Under the pieces are notes generated by a model, which was not told where the DNA came from, did no database searches, and worked only from the letters and a program-made list of their open reading frames with translations. Below, piece after piece: positions 63,555-64,000 of a DNA stretch of 64,000 bases. Numbering within the stretch: the first letter of the stretch is position 1; each line of letters begins with the position of its first letter. Both the position numbers and the translations under genes were made by a program. Origin of the DNA: a virus; the IMG/VR virus record IMGVR_UViG_3300034418_007766, positions 1 through 64,000 of that record; one strand, 5' to 3'.

Positions 63555-64000
63555 TATGCTGCGTTAGGTATACCTATAAACGGATCTTTACTTATGTAAT
63601 ACCTTTGTAATAATTGATCACTTGCCAAGTTCTTCATCTTAGCTTCTACCATGATGTCAGCCCATTCCCAATGGGACAATGCCCAGTCGTTACACGCATC
63701 ATTCCAGCAGTAGTCTGAATGTGCTCTAAGTTTTTGTTTTTTGTAGCCTGCTTCTAAAAGTCTTTCCATATCTGGTCTAACATTTGATCTATGTCCTTCG
63801 AGATACTCCGGACGGCAAAGGCTGTAATGCATAGCAGGACGAACACCACGCCAGCTATCAATAATACGCTTGATCCTATCGTCATTTGCTTCTATATACT
63901 CTCCTGTGTTTACCCAGTGATGGTGTATGTCTAATACCAATGCACAATGATCTGCTAGTTCTAGGCTTGCTTCGAGACCCCACTTGTTTTCGTCATTTTC
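63554..64000 (-). CDS. uvsE: UV damage endonuclease UvsE/UVDE, 5' part outside window
   Basis: Frame open to the window end: ENDE, LVLDIHHHW, P.MHYS, RAHSDY and MVEAKMK. Confidence 0.9.
   Translation of the reverse strand, partial: ENDENKWGLEASLELADHCALVLDIHHHWVNTGEYIEANDDRIKRIIDSWRGVRPAMHYSLCRPEYLEGHRSNVRPDMERLLEAGYKKQKLRAHSDYCWNDACNDWALSHWEWADIMVEAKMKNLASDQLLQRYYISKDPFIGIPNAA

Noticed and set aside
1-64000. tRNA, rRNA or CRISPR array
   Set aside because: No intergenic gap shows a cloverleaf or regularly spaced repeat-spacer units; the larger gaps are filled by small ORFs or promoters.
1-64000. Stop-codon reassignment as seen in some large phages
   Set aside because: Conserved genes translate full length in the standard code, and TAA, TGA and TAG all end genes at sensible positions.
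1-64000. Bacterial chromosome origin, suggested by clpA, dnaJ, def, folE, galE and iscA
   Set aside because: These genes are interspersed with phage PolB, clamp loader, lysis cassette, baseplate/tail genes and late-promoter motifs in compact single-strand operons.

Overview
This 64 kb window is part of a large, AT-rich, T4-like/jumbo-type tailed dsDNA phage genome. Genes are densely packed, often with ATGA/TAATG overlaps, and almost all lie on the minus strand; phoH and one Zn-ribbon gene are the only credible plus-strand genes. From left to right it holds: (1) an expanded 7-deazaguanine DNA-modification locus (queE, folE, a QueD/DpdL-like T-fold protein, a DpdA/TGT-like transglycosylase) interleaved with a PRTase, amidinotransferase, PLP enzyme, cupin oxygenase, radical SAM, GalE and a glycosyltransferase; (2) replication and NDP-sugar genes (sliding clamp, family B polymerase, UGD, PMM, TagD); (3) a late cluster of putative internal head/ejected proteins with a shared MKxxE-type N-terminus, a candidate -1 frameshift and a modular polyprotein; (4) ClpA, peptide deformylase and DnaJ; (5) a lysis cassette; (6) phoH, thyX, ferredoxin, clamp loader (with a 33-bp duplication at its 5' end), MazG-like proteins, exonuclease, BI-1, GroES, a B12 radical SAM and a DnaE fragment; (7) baseplate/tail-fibre genes; (8) IscA, three sulfotransferase-like genes and a partial uvsE. 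Sigma70-type promoters and TAAATA late-promoter motifs are visible. An alphaproteobacterial host is inferred from the FdxA, YccA and IscA sequences. All calls come from reading motifs by eye; no database searches were run.
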